Program-made: the position numbers and the translations under genes
Virus record (IMG/VR): IMGVR_UViG_2671180296_000012
Direction: 5' to 3' (one strand)
Length of the DNA: 35,325 nt
Origin: a virus
Taxonomy: Duplodnaviria > Heunggongvirae > Uroviricota > Caudoviricetes
Shown: piece after piece, positions 8,899-18,094 of the stretch
Position numbering within the stretch: position 1 is the stretch's first letter
Layout: each line of letters opens with the position of its first letter
Notes under the pieces: model-generated
Database searches by the model: none
The model's input: the letters and a program-made list of their open reading frames with translations, nothing else
Told to the model about the DNA's origin: nothing

Positions 8899-9210
8899 AT
8901 GACGACACCAACCAGACGGATAAGTTTCTATCTGAAGCCCGCCGCCGTCAAGAACGAAGGCGAAGCATGTGCCTGGCTGGACAGCCTTACGCCAGAAGCC
9001 CGCAAAAGCGGCCAACGCGTGGCTTTTTTGGCCGGGCTGGCACTTCTGAAAATGAATCCAGCAGAGGCTTACCGACTGGCTGCATGGGCTGACGATGAGG
9101 CGTTATCGGTGACACAAACCAGGACAGAACACCCCGTGTCACAGCCAGTACCAACCGCACAGATAACCAGTCAGATGGCAGGGAATATCCGGGCATTATT
9201 TCCTGAATGA
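8899..9210 (+). CDS. parR: ParR-like ribbon-helix-helix centromere-binding protein
   Basis: 103 aa from the ATG at 8899 (AAGGAG upstream), directly after parM as in R1; ISFYLKP, FLAGLALL and NIRALFPE resemble R1 ParR from memory. Confidence 0.6.
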   Translation: MTTPTRRISFYLKPAAVKNEGEACAWLDSLTPEARKSGQRVAFLAGLALLKMNPAEAYRLAAWADDEALSVTQTRTEHPVSQPVPTAQITSQMAGNIRALFPE

Positions 9211-9270
9211 CGAATTTGACGGCTTTTAATTTTATCGGGGTGCACTGTCGCCCCGCACGAGGAAAACACG

Positions 9271-9795
9271 ATGAAAAAATACGAATACATGCTAATGAAA
9301 GAAGCACTGCGGGCTGGTCTGGCTCCCTGTCCTGTATCCGTAGAGGCTGTTGTTGGGAACACGATTTTCCGAACGCTGCGAAATCGCGTATCCGTGAAGA
9401 TGATTCATCAACCACCCAAATCTACCAGCATGATCTATCTGCCGCTGCCCGAGGCTATCAAACTTATGCGTTCGCTGAAATTTGCGATTTGGATGCAGAC
9501 ACAACTCAACAAAGCGGTGCAAAACACCTTCGTTAAGAAACTGATGCCGGAGCTTGCTGCCAGATGTGCAAAATGTACCAGACCCGCACTTCAATTTGAT
9601 CTGTCATTGATTCAACAAGCTACGGAGGCAGAACTATACCGCCTGTCACCTCTCCATGATGCTCACACGGAAGCCTCAGAAATGTTCCGGCTCATGTTTC
9701 AATTTAATTTTGCCGTTCGACGCACACACGTTCAGGTCAATCGCATGATGCAGGCGCAGGAAGAGCTGGCGCAACACAAAGGAGGCAACCAGTGA
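9271..9795 (+). CDS. hypothetical protein (accessory, A-Q hotspot)
   Basis: 174-aa ORF with GAGG upstream; stop overlaps the start of the next gene (GTGA). Confidence 0.55.
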   Translation: MKKYEYMLMKEALRAGLAPCPVSVEAVVGNTIFRTLRNRVSVKMIHQPPKSTSMIYLPLPEAIKLMRSLKFAIWMQTQLNKAVQNTFVKKLMPELAARCAKCTRPALQFDLSLIQQATEAELYRLSPLHDAHTEASEMFRLMFQFNFAVRRTHVQVNRMMQAQEELAQHKGGNQ

Positions 9796-10382
9796 GCAAG
9801 ATTGACTATCAGGCATTACGCGAACGTTATTCACCTGTGCCAGTACCGAAATGCCATATTTGCGGCGAGGAAATGTCAATTCAGCGAATATCTGGAGCAC
9901 AGGTTGTTTATGCCTGCTCCGGTTATGGTGATGATGGAGATTTCAAAATTGGTCGAACTCTTGCCGACGAACATTATGAAAAATCACGCGTAACAGTGTT
10001 GGATGTCGGGGATCCTGAAGTATTGGCGCTACTTGATTGGCTGGAAACTAAAGACAACCGAATCGCTGAACTGGAAAAAATCGCCACTGACTATGCACTT
10101 AAATTCCAGAAAGCACAGGACGCATTAAAGTACGCCGCTTTGCTGCATAGCCGAACGGCGCAACAAACCAATAATTTTGCAGTATTGCTTCCGGACATAA
10201 GCGAATATTTCATTAATAACGTATTTCAGCCCTTGCGATACGAGCGGGATGTTGAAAGAGCCATCATAAAGGCTGGCGGAAAAGCATTGTGGCAGGAGAA
10301 ACACGAGGACAGAACGCATCAGTCCTGCGATGTAAATTGTGGATGGTTTAGCCCACTGACGACAGATAAAAATAACACCTGA
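9792..10382 (+). CDS. hypothetical protein with N-terminal Cys cluster (accessory, A-Q hotspot)
   Basis: 196-aa ORF, GTG start overlapping upstream stop; CHICGEEM...YAC near N-terminus and SCDVNCGW near C-terminus. Confidence 0.55.
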   Translation: MSKIDYQALRERYSPVPVPKCHICGEEMSIQRISGAQVVYACSGYGDDGDFKIGRTLADEHYEKSRVTVLDVGDPEVLALLDWLETKDNRIAELEKIATDYALKFQKAQDALKYAALLHSRTAQQTNNFAVLLPDISEYFINNVFQPLRYERDVERAIIKAGGKALWQEKHEDRTHQSCDVNCGWFSPLTTDKNNT

Positions 10383-10394
10383 TCCCCCTCAAAC

Positions 10395-10520
10395 CAGGGC
10401 GATAATCGCGCATCGCCCTGCTGCACAATAGTGCACAAATTTGCACAATTTTTTTGAACGAATTTTTGCCCTTCCGGCCCGCGTGGCGACTGGATCCGTC
10501 AAGGATCCGTGCGTGCACAA
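10395..10520. repeat. palindrome CAGGGCGAT-N8-ATCGCCCTG followed by TGCACAA heptamers (three at exact 10-bp spacing at 10422/10432/10442, a fourth at 10514) and a tandem GGATCCGT pair
   Basis: Read directly from sequence; non-coding region between the accessory genes and Q, where P2-like phages carry cos. Confidence 0.4.
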
Positions 10521-10822
10521 AAAAACACACTTTTTCTGCGCGCAGGTGACGGGGGAACAGCCCGCGTTTCAGGGGGTAAATAGCGTTCCCTTAACGATGT
10601 CGCAGCGACACGACAGAATGGCCGTATTTCTCACGCTGAGCGTGAAAAATACGTGAGGGATTCTGGTTTGATGGGGTGAAAGGTAAGGCCGTCAAAATCG
10701 CACTGAGGCGGCGAGAACATGCAGTCAGCGCAGTGGGATTGCGTAAGAGTCTGACCGTCGATGATGGCAATAAGCAGGAAAGCGTCGTGAAATTATCTGA
10801 CTGATACAGGAGCTGGAGAGTC

Positions 10823-10845
10823 GGGGCATAAATTTTTTATGCCCC
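10823..10845. terminator. hairpin GGGGCATAAA-ttt-TTTATGCCCC downstream of Q and of the plus-strand accessory genes (bidirectional terminator candidate)
   Basis: Perfect 10-bp stem with A/T-rich flanks, read from sequence. Confidence 0.5.
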
Positions 10846-10872
10846 GGCGAAGCAGCAGACAAGCGAAGCGCG

Positions 10873-11919
10873 TCAGGATGTGGGCTGGGTATCTAACAGT
10901 GCGTAAGGGTTAAAGCGGATCACCTCTTCGCCAAGCCAGTCATTGATGTGCTTCATGGCCTCCATGACGGGCATCAGCTCGTTAATTGCGTAAACCCGCG
11001 CGGCCTTCTCCACATCACCAAACGCACTTTTTTCGCCCGGCATCGCCCCCATCAGTTGCGGCGGAACGCGGTGCGCAGCCAGCACATCATCACGGGATGC
11101 CGCCTTAACATTCATGAACTCATCTTTTGCGGTGATCTGCTGGAACGGCAAAATTTGCACCCCCTCTTTGCCCCCGTTGGGCGCATGAATGAGCACGTTT
11201 TTAAACGCACCACCACCACGTGCCCCCTGTAGCGTTTCTTTCAGGGAGTCCATGCTTTCGCGGTTTACCTGCGCTGCACCGATGTAGATGATGCACCCGG
11301 CGTGGGATCCGTTGTCGTAGTACAGTTTTCTGAACATGTCCGCCGAATGAGAAAGGCTGGCCGAGAGTAATGCGCCAAGATATTCCGGCATGCCGTAGAT
11401 TTCCTGGTTAATATCCGGATTCATCAGGTGGCACACTTTGCCAGGACGAAACTGAAACGCGTCCTTGCCATCCTGCACATACCACCATGATTCAAGATCG
11501 CTTCCGCGTCGCATGTATTTCGCCAGTGCGTGCCGTAATTTAAGCGGTTCGCCGAGCATATTGCTCCGAAGCTCAAGGAATGCGTTACCGAACACAAACC
11601 AGTCCAGCGCCAGCGCCGAGAAATCCTGCCGGGAAAGCAGCGGGTGCGGGATGTAGCAACCGAGTAATACATTGCGCTTAAAGTAAAGCGCAGACTGATG
11701 CCAGGACGTTTGCCGGGCTGCTCTTGCCAGACCGTACCAGTCCACCGGGGTTTCATACCACCGCCCGTTATCAGCACAGTACATATTGTCCAGCAGGTCA
11801 TGCCCGGTCAGGCGATAAGGACCATCAAATGTGAATGCACTGAGCGATGATTCTTTCCTGAGCGCATCAGCGAGATCAATGCGTGAACTCATGCGCACTT
11901 TTTTATTTTTTCTGCTCAT
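10873..11919 (-). CDS. Q: portal protein gpQ
   Basis: 348 aa; leftward, adjacent to the terminase large subunit as in P2. Confidence 0.9.
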   Translation of the reverse strand: MSRKNKKVRMSSRIDLADALRKESSLSAFTFDGPYRLTGHDLLDNMYCADNGRWYETPVDWYGLARAARQTSWHQSALYFKRNVLLGCYIPHPLLSRQDFSALALDWFVFGNAFLELRSNMLGEPLKLRHALAKYMRRGSDLESWWYVQDGKDAFQFRPGKVCHLMNPDINQEIYGMPEYLGALLSASLSHSADMFRKLYYDNGSHAGCIIYIGAAQVNRESMDSLKETLQGARGGGAFKNVLIHAPNGGKEGVQILPFQQITAKDEFMNVKAASRDDVLAAHRVPPQLMGAMPGEKSAFGDVEKAARVYAINELMPVMEAMKHINDWLGEEVIRFNPYALLDTQPTS

Positions 11920-13670
11920 CAGAACTCCATAACCGTGAAACGCTCGTTTTCTCCTTCGCCGCCAATCGGTTCGTTAATGACAGCAAGCATGGTTGCCCAC
12001 GCAAGGTCGCCGTGGCTGATCCCCCTCGCGCGGTCCGTTTCGTAAGTGATAAAGCCGCCCGGTGTTTTCACCTTACGCACGGCGTTAAAGGCCGCGACCA
12101 GCTCGCGTTCGGCGCGATCGTATTCCCACCGCCCGGCACGCATTATTTGCAGCATTTTCAGTACCAGCGACCGTTTTGATGACAGCGTGAAGGTGTACGG
12201 AATAGCAGCAGGGAAAAACCGTTTCACTATCTGATAAACAGCCTCCCCGTTCCCGCCCGTCACATCAATGCCGATGTGTTCCACGTTGTAGCGACACGTG
12301 AACTCTTCAATGACTCTGGCCTGTTCTTCAAACTCCAGCCCCTGAACGCGTCGCGTCTCCACCGTTCGAAAACGGCCACCAGGAACAGCCGGAGGAACCA
12401 CCACGGACACAGCGCCGCTGTCGCCGTTGCCACTGCTGCCGTTTGCGTCATACCCAATCCATACCGGACGATTCCCCATCGGGCGGGGAGCAAAAGGTTT
12501 CCAGTCTTTCCAGTCGTCGTATCCGTCAACACCGCAGCCAATCAGGATATTCAGGTTAAATGCCGATTCCCCTTCGCGGACAAACTCACACATATAGAGA
12601 TTGCGGAACTCGTCTTCGGTGTTTTCATCACGAATTTCGTCAATATCGGTGTGTTTCCAGCCGTGATTAACCACATCTTCCAGCGTGACAATTTGCCGCC
12701 ACGTCCGGTCAGGGCAGATAAGCCCGTTATGCAGCGTTTTCCAGTCCACAGAAAAACGCTGACGTTTATGCGTGGCCTTTTTCTCGTTCCAGCGGTCGCC
12801 GTTCCAGTAGGCGTATGCCTCGTGCGTTTCGGTGGATGGCGTGGAGAAGTAGGTGCGCCGCAGTCCGCTGAGGGTTGCCATAGCGCCAGCCACCTTGCGC
12901 AGTTCAGCAAAGCGACTGACCCAGAAAAATTCATCAAAATAAAAATTGCCCGTATAGGACTGTGCCGACGCAGCAGAAGTGCCGAGAAAATGCAGTTCTG
13001 CGCCGTTGGAGAGGATGATTTTATCGCCCCCTTTCAGCTCCACATCAACTTCAGCCGCGGCCTTCTGAATAATGCTTTTAAACTGGAACGCCTGACGACG
13101 CGACGCAGACAAAAAAATCTGGTTACGCTGGTAAGGCTGCGCCACATCGTCACGCAGCGCCATCAGCAGTGCTTCCTGTGCAAAATACCAGGTCGCCCCA
13201 ATCTGTCGGGATTTCAGGATCATCCTGTTACGTATCCCGGCTTCCCTGCAAAGGGTCAGGGAGTCAAACCAGCCCCGCTGATGCCACTCCAGCCTGCTGA
13301 TGATTTTTTCCCGCAGTGCGGCAATCTGTTCCGGCGTGAAATGATTTTTGAGTTTTTTCGCCCGGCCTTTCTTTCCTGTGGCCGTCGCATCCGGCTGGCC
13401 ATCATGCAGTTTTTTAAGCTGCCGGGTCAGCAGGTCTATTTCCTTGAAGTCACCACCTGTTTTATTCTGTTTTTCAGTGAGCTGGATGAGGCGCGCATCG
13501 ATGGACTGCGTGACACGCTGCACGGGTGGCGTTTCATCCCACTGGTCGCGTTTTTTCCACGCATAAATCGTGTTCGGGTTTATTCCCATCAGACGTGATA
13601 TTTCTGCGGGCGGATAACCCTGCCAGTAAAGTTGTCGCGCACGCTGGCGCACAAAAGCGTCCTGAATCAT
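11919..13670 (-). CDS. P: terminase large (ATPase) subunit gpP
   Basis: 583 aa; N-terminus MIQDAFVRQRARQLYWQGYPPAEISRLMGINPNTIYAWKKRDQWDE; position next to Q. Confidence 0.9.
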   Translation of the reverse strand: MIQDAFVRQRARQLYWQGYPPAEISRLMGINPNTIYAWKKRDQWDETPPVQRVTQSIDARLIQLTEKQNKTGGDFKEIDLLTRQLKKLHDGQPDATATGKKGRAKKLKNHFTPEQIAALREKIISRLEWHQRGWFDSLTLCREAGIRNRMILKSRQIGATWYFAQEALLMALRDDVAQPYQRNQIFLSASRRQAFQFKSIIQKAAAEVDVELKGGDKIILSNGAELHFLGTSAASAQSYTGNFYFDEFFWVSRFAELRKVAGAMATLSGLRRTYFSTPSTETHEAYAYWNGDRWNEKKATHKRQRFSVDWKTLHNGLICPDRTWRQIVTLEDVVNHGWKHTDIDEIRDENTEDEFRNLYMCEFVREGESAFNLNILIGCGVDGYDDWKDWKPFAPRPMGNRPVWIGYDANGSSGNGDSGAVSVVVPPAVPGGRFRTVETRRVQGLEFEEQARVIEEFTCRYNVEHIGIDVTGGNGEAVYQIVKRFFPAAIPYTFTLSSKRSLVLKMLQIMRAGRWEYDRAERELVAAFNAVRKVKTPGGFITYETDRARGISHGDLAWATMLAVINEPIGGEGENERFTVMEF

Positions 13671-13824
13671 TGCTCCCCCTGAGTAATTACAGGAAGATTA
13701 CCCGCGCGCGAAACCGTTCTCCTTAACCCCCTGTTCTGGCCGTTTTCTTACAACAAAAGCCCTTTGTATCAGCCTGTTACGCTTTGCCATCATGACTGAA
13801 GAACCAGTCAGAGGGGCAAAAACT

Positions 13825-14661
13825 ATGGCTAATGAAAAAAAGACATCCCGCAAAAAGTTTCGCGTGGCTGTCTCCGGATCAACTGTTGATGGCCGTGAAA
13901 TCAGTCCGGTGCATCTGCGTGAAGCCGCCGAGAACTTCAACCCGGATGTTTACGCTGCCCGCGTGAACGTTGAGCACTATCTCTCGCCATGCCCGTCAAG
14001 CGAATTTTCCGCAATGGGCGATGTCACCGCACTGAGTACGGAAGACATTACGGAAGGTCCGCTGGCCGGACGTACTGCGCTGTATGCAGAAATCGAACCG
14101 ACCGAGCGCATGAAGCAGCTTGTCGCTGACGGCAAGAAAATCTATTCCAGTATCGAACTGCACCCGCAGTTCTCCGTTAACGGGCGCGCCTATCTGGTCG
14201 GGCTGGCGATGACCGACACCCCGGCAAGCCTGGGCACTGAGCGCCTGAAATTCACGGCACAGCAACGTCAGGCGGTGATGACGTTCAACAGTATCCAGGG
14301 TGAAGCGCCGCTTATCTCCGAAGCCATCGAGTCTGAAATCATCGAAATGGCAGAACAACGCCAGGAAGAAGGCACCCAGTGGTTTAACCGCGTAATGGGG
14401 ATTATTGGCCGTGGCCGCAAAGCGGATGACGCCAGTTTTTCCCGCATTCAGGAAGCAGTGGAAGGCGTCGCAACGTCACAGGCCGACATTATCGACCGTT
14501 TTAATGCACTGGAAGCCCGCCATAAGCAGGACCGTCAGAAAATCACGTCACTGACCACAGAGCTGACAGCACTGAAGGAAAAACTGCGCACGCAGGACGG
14601 CGATCCGCAGAACCGGTTCACCGCAACGGGCGCAGCCTCCGATCAACTGGCTGACTTCTGA
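13825..14661 (+). CDS. O: capsid scaffolding protein gpO
   Basis: ATG at 13825 with GAGGGG upstream, in frame within track ORF 13792-14661; resembles P2 gpO (FRVAVSGSTVDGREI, YLVGLAMTDTPASLGTE). Confidence 0.85.
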   Translation: MANEKKTSRKKFRVAVSGSTVDGREISPVHLREAAENFNPDVYAARVNVEHYLSPCPSSEFSAMGDVTALSTEDITEGPLAGRTALYAEIEPTERMKQLVADGKKIYSSIELHPQFSVNGRAYLVGLAMTDTPASLGTERLKFTAQQRQAVMTFNSIQGEAPLISEAIESEIIEMAEQRQEEGTQWFNRVMGIIGRGRKADDASFSRIQEAVEGVATSQADIIDRFNALEARHKQDRQKITSLTTELTALKEKLRTQDGDPQNRFTATGAASDQLADF

Positions 14662-14684
14662 TAAGACAAAGGAGCAAATTTTTT

Positions 14685-15737
14685 ATGAATCTGGTGATGT
14701 CAGATATTACCCGCAACAAGCTGGGTTGCTATATGGCGCAGCAGGCGTCGCTTAATAATATCCCGGTTTCTGCGCTGGTATCGCGATTTACCGTAGAACC
14801 CTCGGTGCAGCAGCGTTTTGAAAACGCCTCAAAGGAAAGCACCGAATTTACAAAAAGAATTAACGTGATCGGCGTGACCGACCAGAAAGGCGAAAAAATC
14901 CTCCCGGATACCACAGGACCGATTGCGCGCACGAATACCAGTTATGACGGCACAAAACGCCGTAACCCGAATAACGTGGTTGATCTGAAAAACCGCAAAT
15001 ACCAGTGCGAACAGGTGAACTACGACACGTTTATTTCATATCCGCAGCTTGATGCCTGGGCGGCACATCCTGATTTTCAGTCCCGCATCAGCGCACAAAT
15101 TGCCCGACAGGTGGCGCTTGACCGCATCATGATCGGTTTCAACGGCACGTCTCACGCGGATGAGTCCAACTTCAGCACCAACAAGCTGCTTCAGGACGTT
15201 AACGTGGGCTGGCTGGAGCACATCAGAACCGACGCCAGCGAACGCGTTATGAATGACGTGACGCTGACCTCCCGCAACATGGACAACACCGTGGCGCACG
15301 CGGGTAAGTATGCGAACGCTGATGCACTGGTACAGGACGCGCGTTCATCCCTGCTGGATGAATGGCACAAGGAAGCTGACGACCTCGTGGTGATTATGGG
15401 GCGCAACCTGTTTAACTCGCTGCGTCTGCCCGTGCTGAACAGCATCAGCGGCCAGAATCCCAATGCGGAATTACTCGCCGGGCAGCTCATCCTGTCATCG
15501 CGCACCATTGGCGGGCTGGGCGTGTTCCTTGCGCCGTTCTTCCCGGATGCAACGATGCTGATCACCTCGTTCAACAACCTGTCGATTTACTGGCAGAAAG
15601 GTTCAATGCGTCGCCTGATGAAAGACGAGCCGGAATACAACCGCATCGCCACCTACCAGTCCATCAATGACGCTTATGTCGTTGAAGACTATGGCAAGTG
15701 CGCGATGGTCACTGGCCTGAAGTTCGCCGACAGCTAA
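14685..15737 (+). CDS. N: major capsid protein gpN
   Basis: 350 aa; FTVEPSV, NKYQCEQVNYD, LQDVNVGWL, MLITSFNNLSIY, DAYVVEDY match the P2 gpN pattern as recalled. Confidence 0.9.
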   Translation: MNLVMSDITRNKLGCYMAQQASLNNIPVSALVSRFTVEPSVQQRFENASKESTEFTKRINVIGVTDQKGEKILPDTTGPIARTNTSYDGTKRRNPNNVVDLKNRKYQCEQVNYDTFISYPQLDAWAAHPDFQSRISAQIARQVALDRIMIGFNGTSHADESNFSTNKLLQDVNVGWLEHIRTDASERVMNDVTLTSRNMDNTVAHAGKYANADALVQDARSSLLDEWHKEADDLVVIMGRNLFNSLRLPVLNSISGQNPNAELLAGQLILSSRTIGGLGVFLAPFFPDATMLITSFNNLSIYWQKGSMRRLMKDEPEYNRIATYQSINDAYVVEDYGKCAMVTGLKFADS

Positions 15738-15782
15738 TCAACTCACGGCGGGCATCATGCCCGCCAGTAACGGAGAGAACAA

Positions 15783-16583
15783 ATGATTACTCCTGCACAG
15801 CAACACTGGCAGAACGTGATGGCACAGCGCGCAGGCCGGGCGAATGAAGGCGTGGACCACGCCGCGCGTACCGCGCATGAAGAGGTGCTGTATCGTCTGC
15901 GTCTGGCACAGGCCCGGCTTAAGGGCGTACAGGCCAGAAGCGCGAAAGCCGCCATCAAAAAAGAGTTGTTGCCGGATTTTTCCGGCTGGATTGAGGGAAC
16001 GCTGGAGGCTGACGGCGGGCAGCAGGATGAAGTGATTGCCACGCTGATGGTGTGGGCGATTGACTGCGGCGATCTTCCGCTGGCGTTGCGTATTGGTGCG
16101 TATGTGGTCCGTCATAACCTCATCATGCCGGATAACTTTGGCCGTACTGCTGCCACAGTGCTGACCGAAGAAATCTGCAACCCGGTACTGACGCAGGCCG
16201 GGGCGGATGCCGACGCGGATTTGTCCGCCTTTATCGAACCACTGGACACCCTCCGGAAGATTGTCACCGACCAGGACATGCCGGACGAAGTGCGCGCCAA
16301 ATTATGCAAGGCGTGCGCCTTTGCCCGTCGTGGTCTGACCGATGCAGACAACATGGCCTTATCACTGAAGCTGCTGCGCGAAGCGATGCACCTGAACCCG
16401 AACGCAGGTGTGAAACGCGAGATTGCAACCCTTTCCCGCGCCCTGAAAAAAGCCGATTCCGCAGCCGAACCAGAAGACGCCAGCGCACAGCAGGCGCAGG
16501 ACGAAAGCAGCAAAAGTAAAAAGACAACGCGGAAGCCTGCAACACGAAAAACCACCGCGACGCAGAAGGCGAAGCGCGGTTAA
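15783..16583 (+). CDS. M: terminase small (endonuclease) subunit gpM
   Basis: 266 aa; ELLPDFSGW, MPDEVRAKL, AGVKREIATL and a basic C-terminal tail resemble P2 gpM. Confidence 0.85.
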   Translation: MITPAQQHWQNVMAQRAGRANEGVDHAARTAHEEVLYRLRLAQARLKGVQARSAKAAIKKELLPDFSGWIEGTLEADGGQQDEVIATLMVWAIDCGDLPLALRIGAYVVRHNLIMPDNFGRTAATVLTEEICNPVLTQAGADADADLSAFIEPLDTLRKIVTDQDMPDEVRAKLCKACAFARRGLTDADNMALSLKLLREAMHLNPNAGVKREIATLSRALKKADSAAEPEDASAQQAQDESSKSKKTTRKPATRKTTATQKAKRG

Positions 16584-16684
16584 CGACTGACCCCGTCAGC
16601 GGGCGGCGTGCGCGGTGTTCCGGTTTGACTCCGTGACCGTTTACACCGCGCACCCACCGCCCGATTTTTTCAGGAGTGAACCCC

Positions 16685-17179
16685 ATGAGTATGGTTGCCA
16701 GAACCAACCCCGGACCCGCAGAGGACGACATCACCGATACCGATGATGGTGATACCCGTATTTCAGCGGGTGCATTCTGGCCGGATATTGTGCTGCGTGA
16801 GCTGCGTCTGGCGGTACGACTGCCGGGCCGTGTGACCACCTCCCGCCTGCTGCATACCGCCACCGGGGCCGTGGCACACGTTACCCGCGAGCTGGAAGCG
16901 TGGCAGCAGGAACAGCAGGCGGCTGGCCATCAGACGCTGGCCGATGTTCCGGCACCCGTAATTAACGGAGAAAGCGTCAATCTCTGGCACTGGCGCAATG
17001 CGGTTTACACCGCCACACGCGCCCTGATTCTGGAGCGTTATCGTGATGCAGACACAACGGACAAGGGCGACCGCCGGGCGGACGCACTGGATATACAGAC
17101 ATCGGATTTGTGGCGCGATGTGAGCTGGGCCATCTCTGACATTCTGTGCCGCCCGCGAATCTTTGCGGAGTTGTGCTGA
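16685..17179 (+). CDS. L: head completion/stabilisation protein gpL
   Basis: ATG at 16685 with CAGGAG 8 nt upstream; the track ORF starts at an upstream GTG; about 164 aa at the gpL position. Confidence 0.8.
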   Translation: MSMVARTNPGPAEDDITDTDDGDTRISAGAFWPDIVLRELRLAVRLPGRVTTSRLLHTATGAVAHVTRELEAWQQEQQAAGHQTLADVPAPVINGESVNLWHWRNAVYTATRALILERYRDADTTDKGDRRADALDIQTSDLWRDVSWAISDILCRPRIFAELC

Positions 17180-17379
17180 TGAAAGTGAAGGCACTGGAAG
17201 GCGACACCGTGGATTCGCTCTGTTTCCGGTACTACGGCACGACGAAGGGCGTCACCGAAAAGGTGCTGGATGCCAACCCCGGACTCTGTCAGCAGGTATT
17301 TCTGGACGCCGGGCAGGAAGTGGAGATGCCGGAGCCGGAGAAGAAGAAACGAGAAATGATTCAGTTGTGGGGGGAGTAG
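17179..17379 (+). CDS. X: tail protein gpX
   Basis: ATG overlaps the gpL stop (ATGA); 66 aa (MKVKALEGDTVDSLCFRYYGTTKGVTEKVLDANPGL...) resembling P2 gpX. Confidence 0.7.
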   Translation: MKVKALEGDTVDSLCFRYYGTTKGVTEKVLDANPGLCQQVFLDAGQEVEMPEPEKKKREMIQLWGE

Positions 17380-17381
17380 CA

Positions 17382-17705
17382 GTGAGCACCATTCAAACAG
17401 GGATCACAGAGCAGGTTATTGCGTGGCTCTTTGACCACCTGCCAACGGTGTATGCAGTAGGCGCGGCGGTCAGCATTTCCGCGCTGATGAGTCTTTATGA
17501 CGGACGAACACTGGTTCAGACCGTAACGGGATCGCTGGCATGCGGCGTTCTTGCCATGGCCGTGGCCGGGTCGTTGCGCTTCTTCGGGTTTCCTGAAGAT
17601 GCCGTGACGTTTATCGGCGCATCAATCGGTTTTATGGGTGCAGAGAAAGCACGCGACAAGGTTATTGCGGCCTTTAATCGCAGGGTGAAGGAGAAGGACG
17701 AATGA
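17382..17705 (+). CDS. holin (putative)
   Basis: GTG start after GGGGAG; about 107 aa with two to three hydrophobic segments and a charged C-terminus; immediately upstream of the endolysin. Confidence 0.6.
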   Translation: MSTIQTGITEQVIAWLFDHLPTVYAVGAAVSISALMSLYDGRTLVQTVTGSLACGVLAMAVAGSLRFFGFPEDAVTFIGASIGFMGAEKARDKVIAAFNRRVKEKDE

Positions 17706-18094
17706 GCAACACATTTAAATTCAGCAGCCGGAGCGAAAAGAATTTGCAGGGCGTAAATCCTGATCTGGTGAAAGTGACCCGACGGGCACTGGAAATTTCG
17801 GAAGTGGATTTTGGTATCACCGAAGGGTTGCGCAGCCGTTACCGCCAGAAGCAACTGGTGGCCACGGGTAAGAGCCAGACCATGAACAGCCGCCACCTTA
17901 CGGGACATGCCGTGGATGTTGTGGCTTATATCGGCAGCCAGGTGTCATGGGAATGGCCGCTGTACGAAAAAATCGCAGCAGCATTCAGACAGGCCAGCCG
18001 GGAACTGAATATTCCGGTGGAATGGGGCGGCGACTGGAAGACCCTGAAAGACGGACCACATTTTCAGTTACCACACGGAGCCTATCCGGCATGA
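17702..18094 (+). CDS. endolysin, peptidase M15-type (L-alanyl-D-glutamate peptidase-like)
   Basis: 130 aa; motifs SRHLTGHAVDV and a C-terminal His pattern typical of M15 Zn-peptidases; not the P2 gpK lysozyme type. Confidence 0.7.
   Translation: MSNTFKFSSRSEKNLQGVNPDLVKVTRRALEISEVDFGITEGLRSRYRQKQLVATGKSQTMNSRHLTGHAVDVVAYIGSQVSWEWPLYEKIAAAFRQASRELNIPVEWGGDWKTLKDGPHFQLPHGAYPA

Noticed and set aside
10441-10656. 71-aa track ORF across the TGCACAA repeat region
   Set aside because: Runs through repeat-rich, probably regulatory DNA with no ribosome-binding site; the translation is not protein-like.
10676-10804. 42-aa basic ORF (GTG start) in the cos-proximal non-coding region
   Set aside because: No convincing ribosome-binding site and no recognisable family; kept only as a possibility because small genes do occur here.
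12276-13598. 440-aa plus-strand ORF overlapping terminase gene P on the opposite strand
   Set aside because: Antisense shadow ORF in GC-rich coding DNA; the minus-strand frame has a clear terminase N-terminus and P2 synteny, the plus-strand translation is low-complexity with no motif.
15749-15765. Inverted repeat GCGGGCAT-c-ATGCCCGC between N and M as a terminator
   Set aside because: The central loop is too short for the full stem and there is no downstream T-run; at most a weak attenuator, and the next gene's ribosome-binding site follows immediately.
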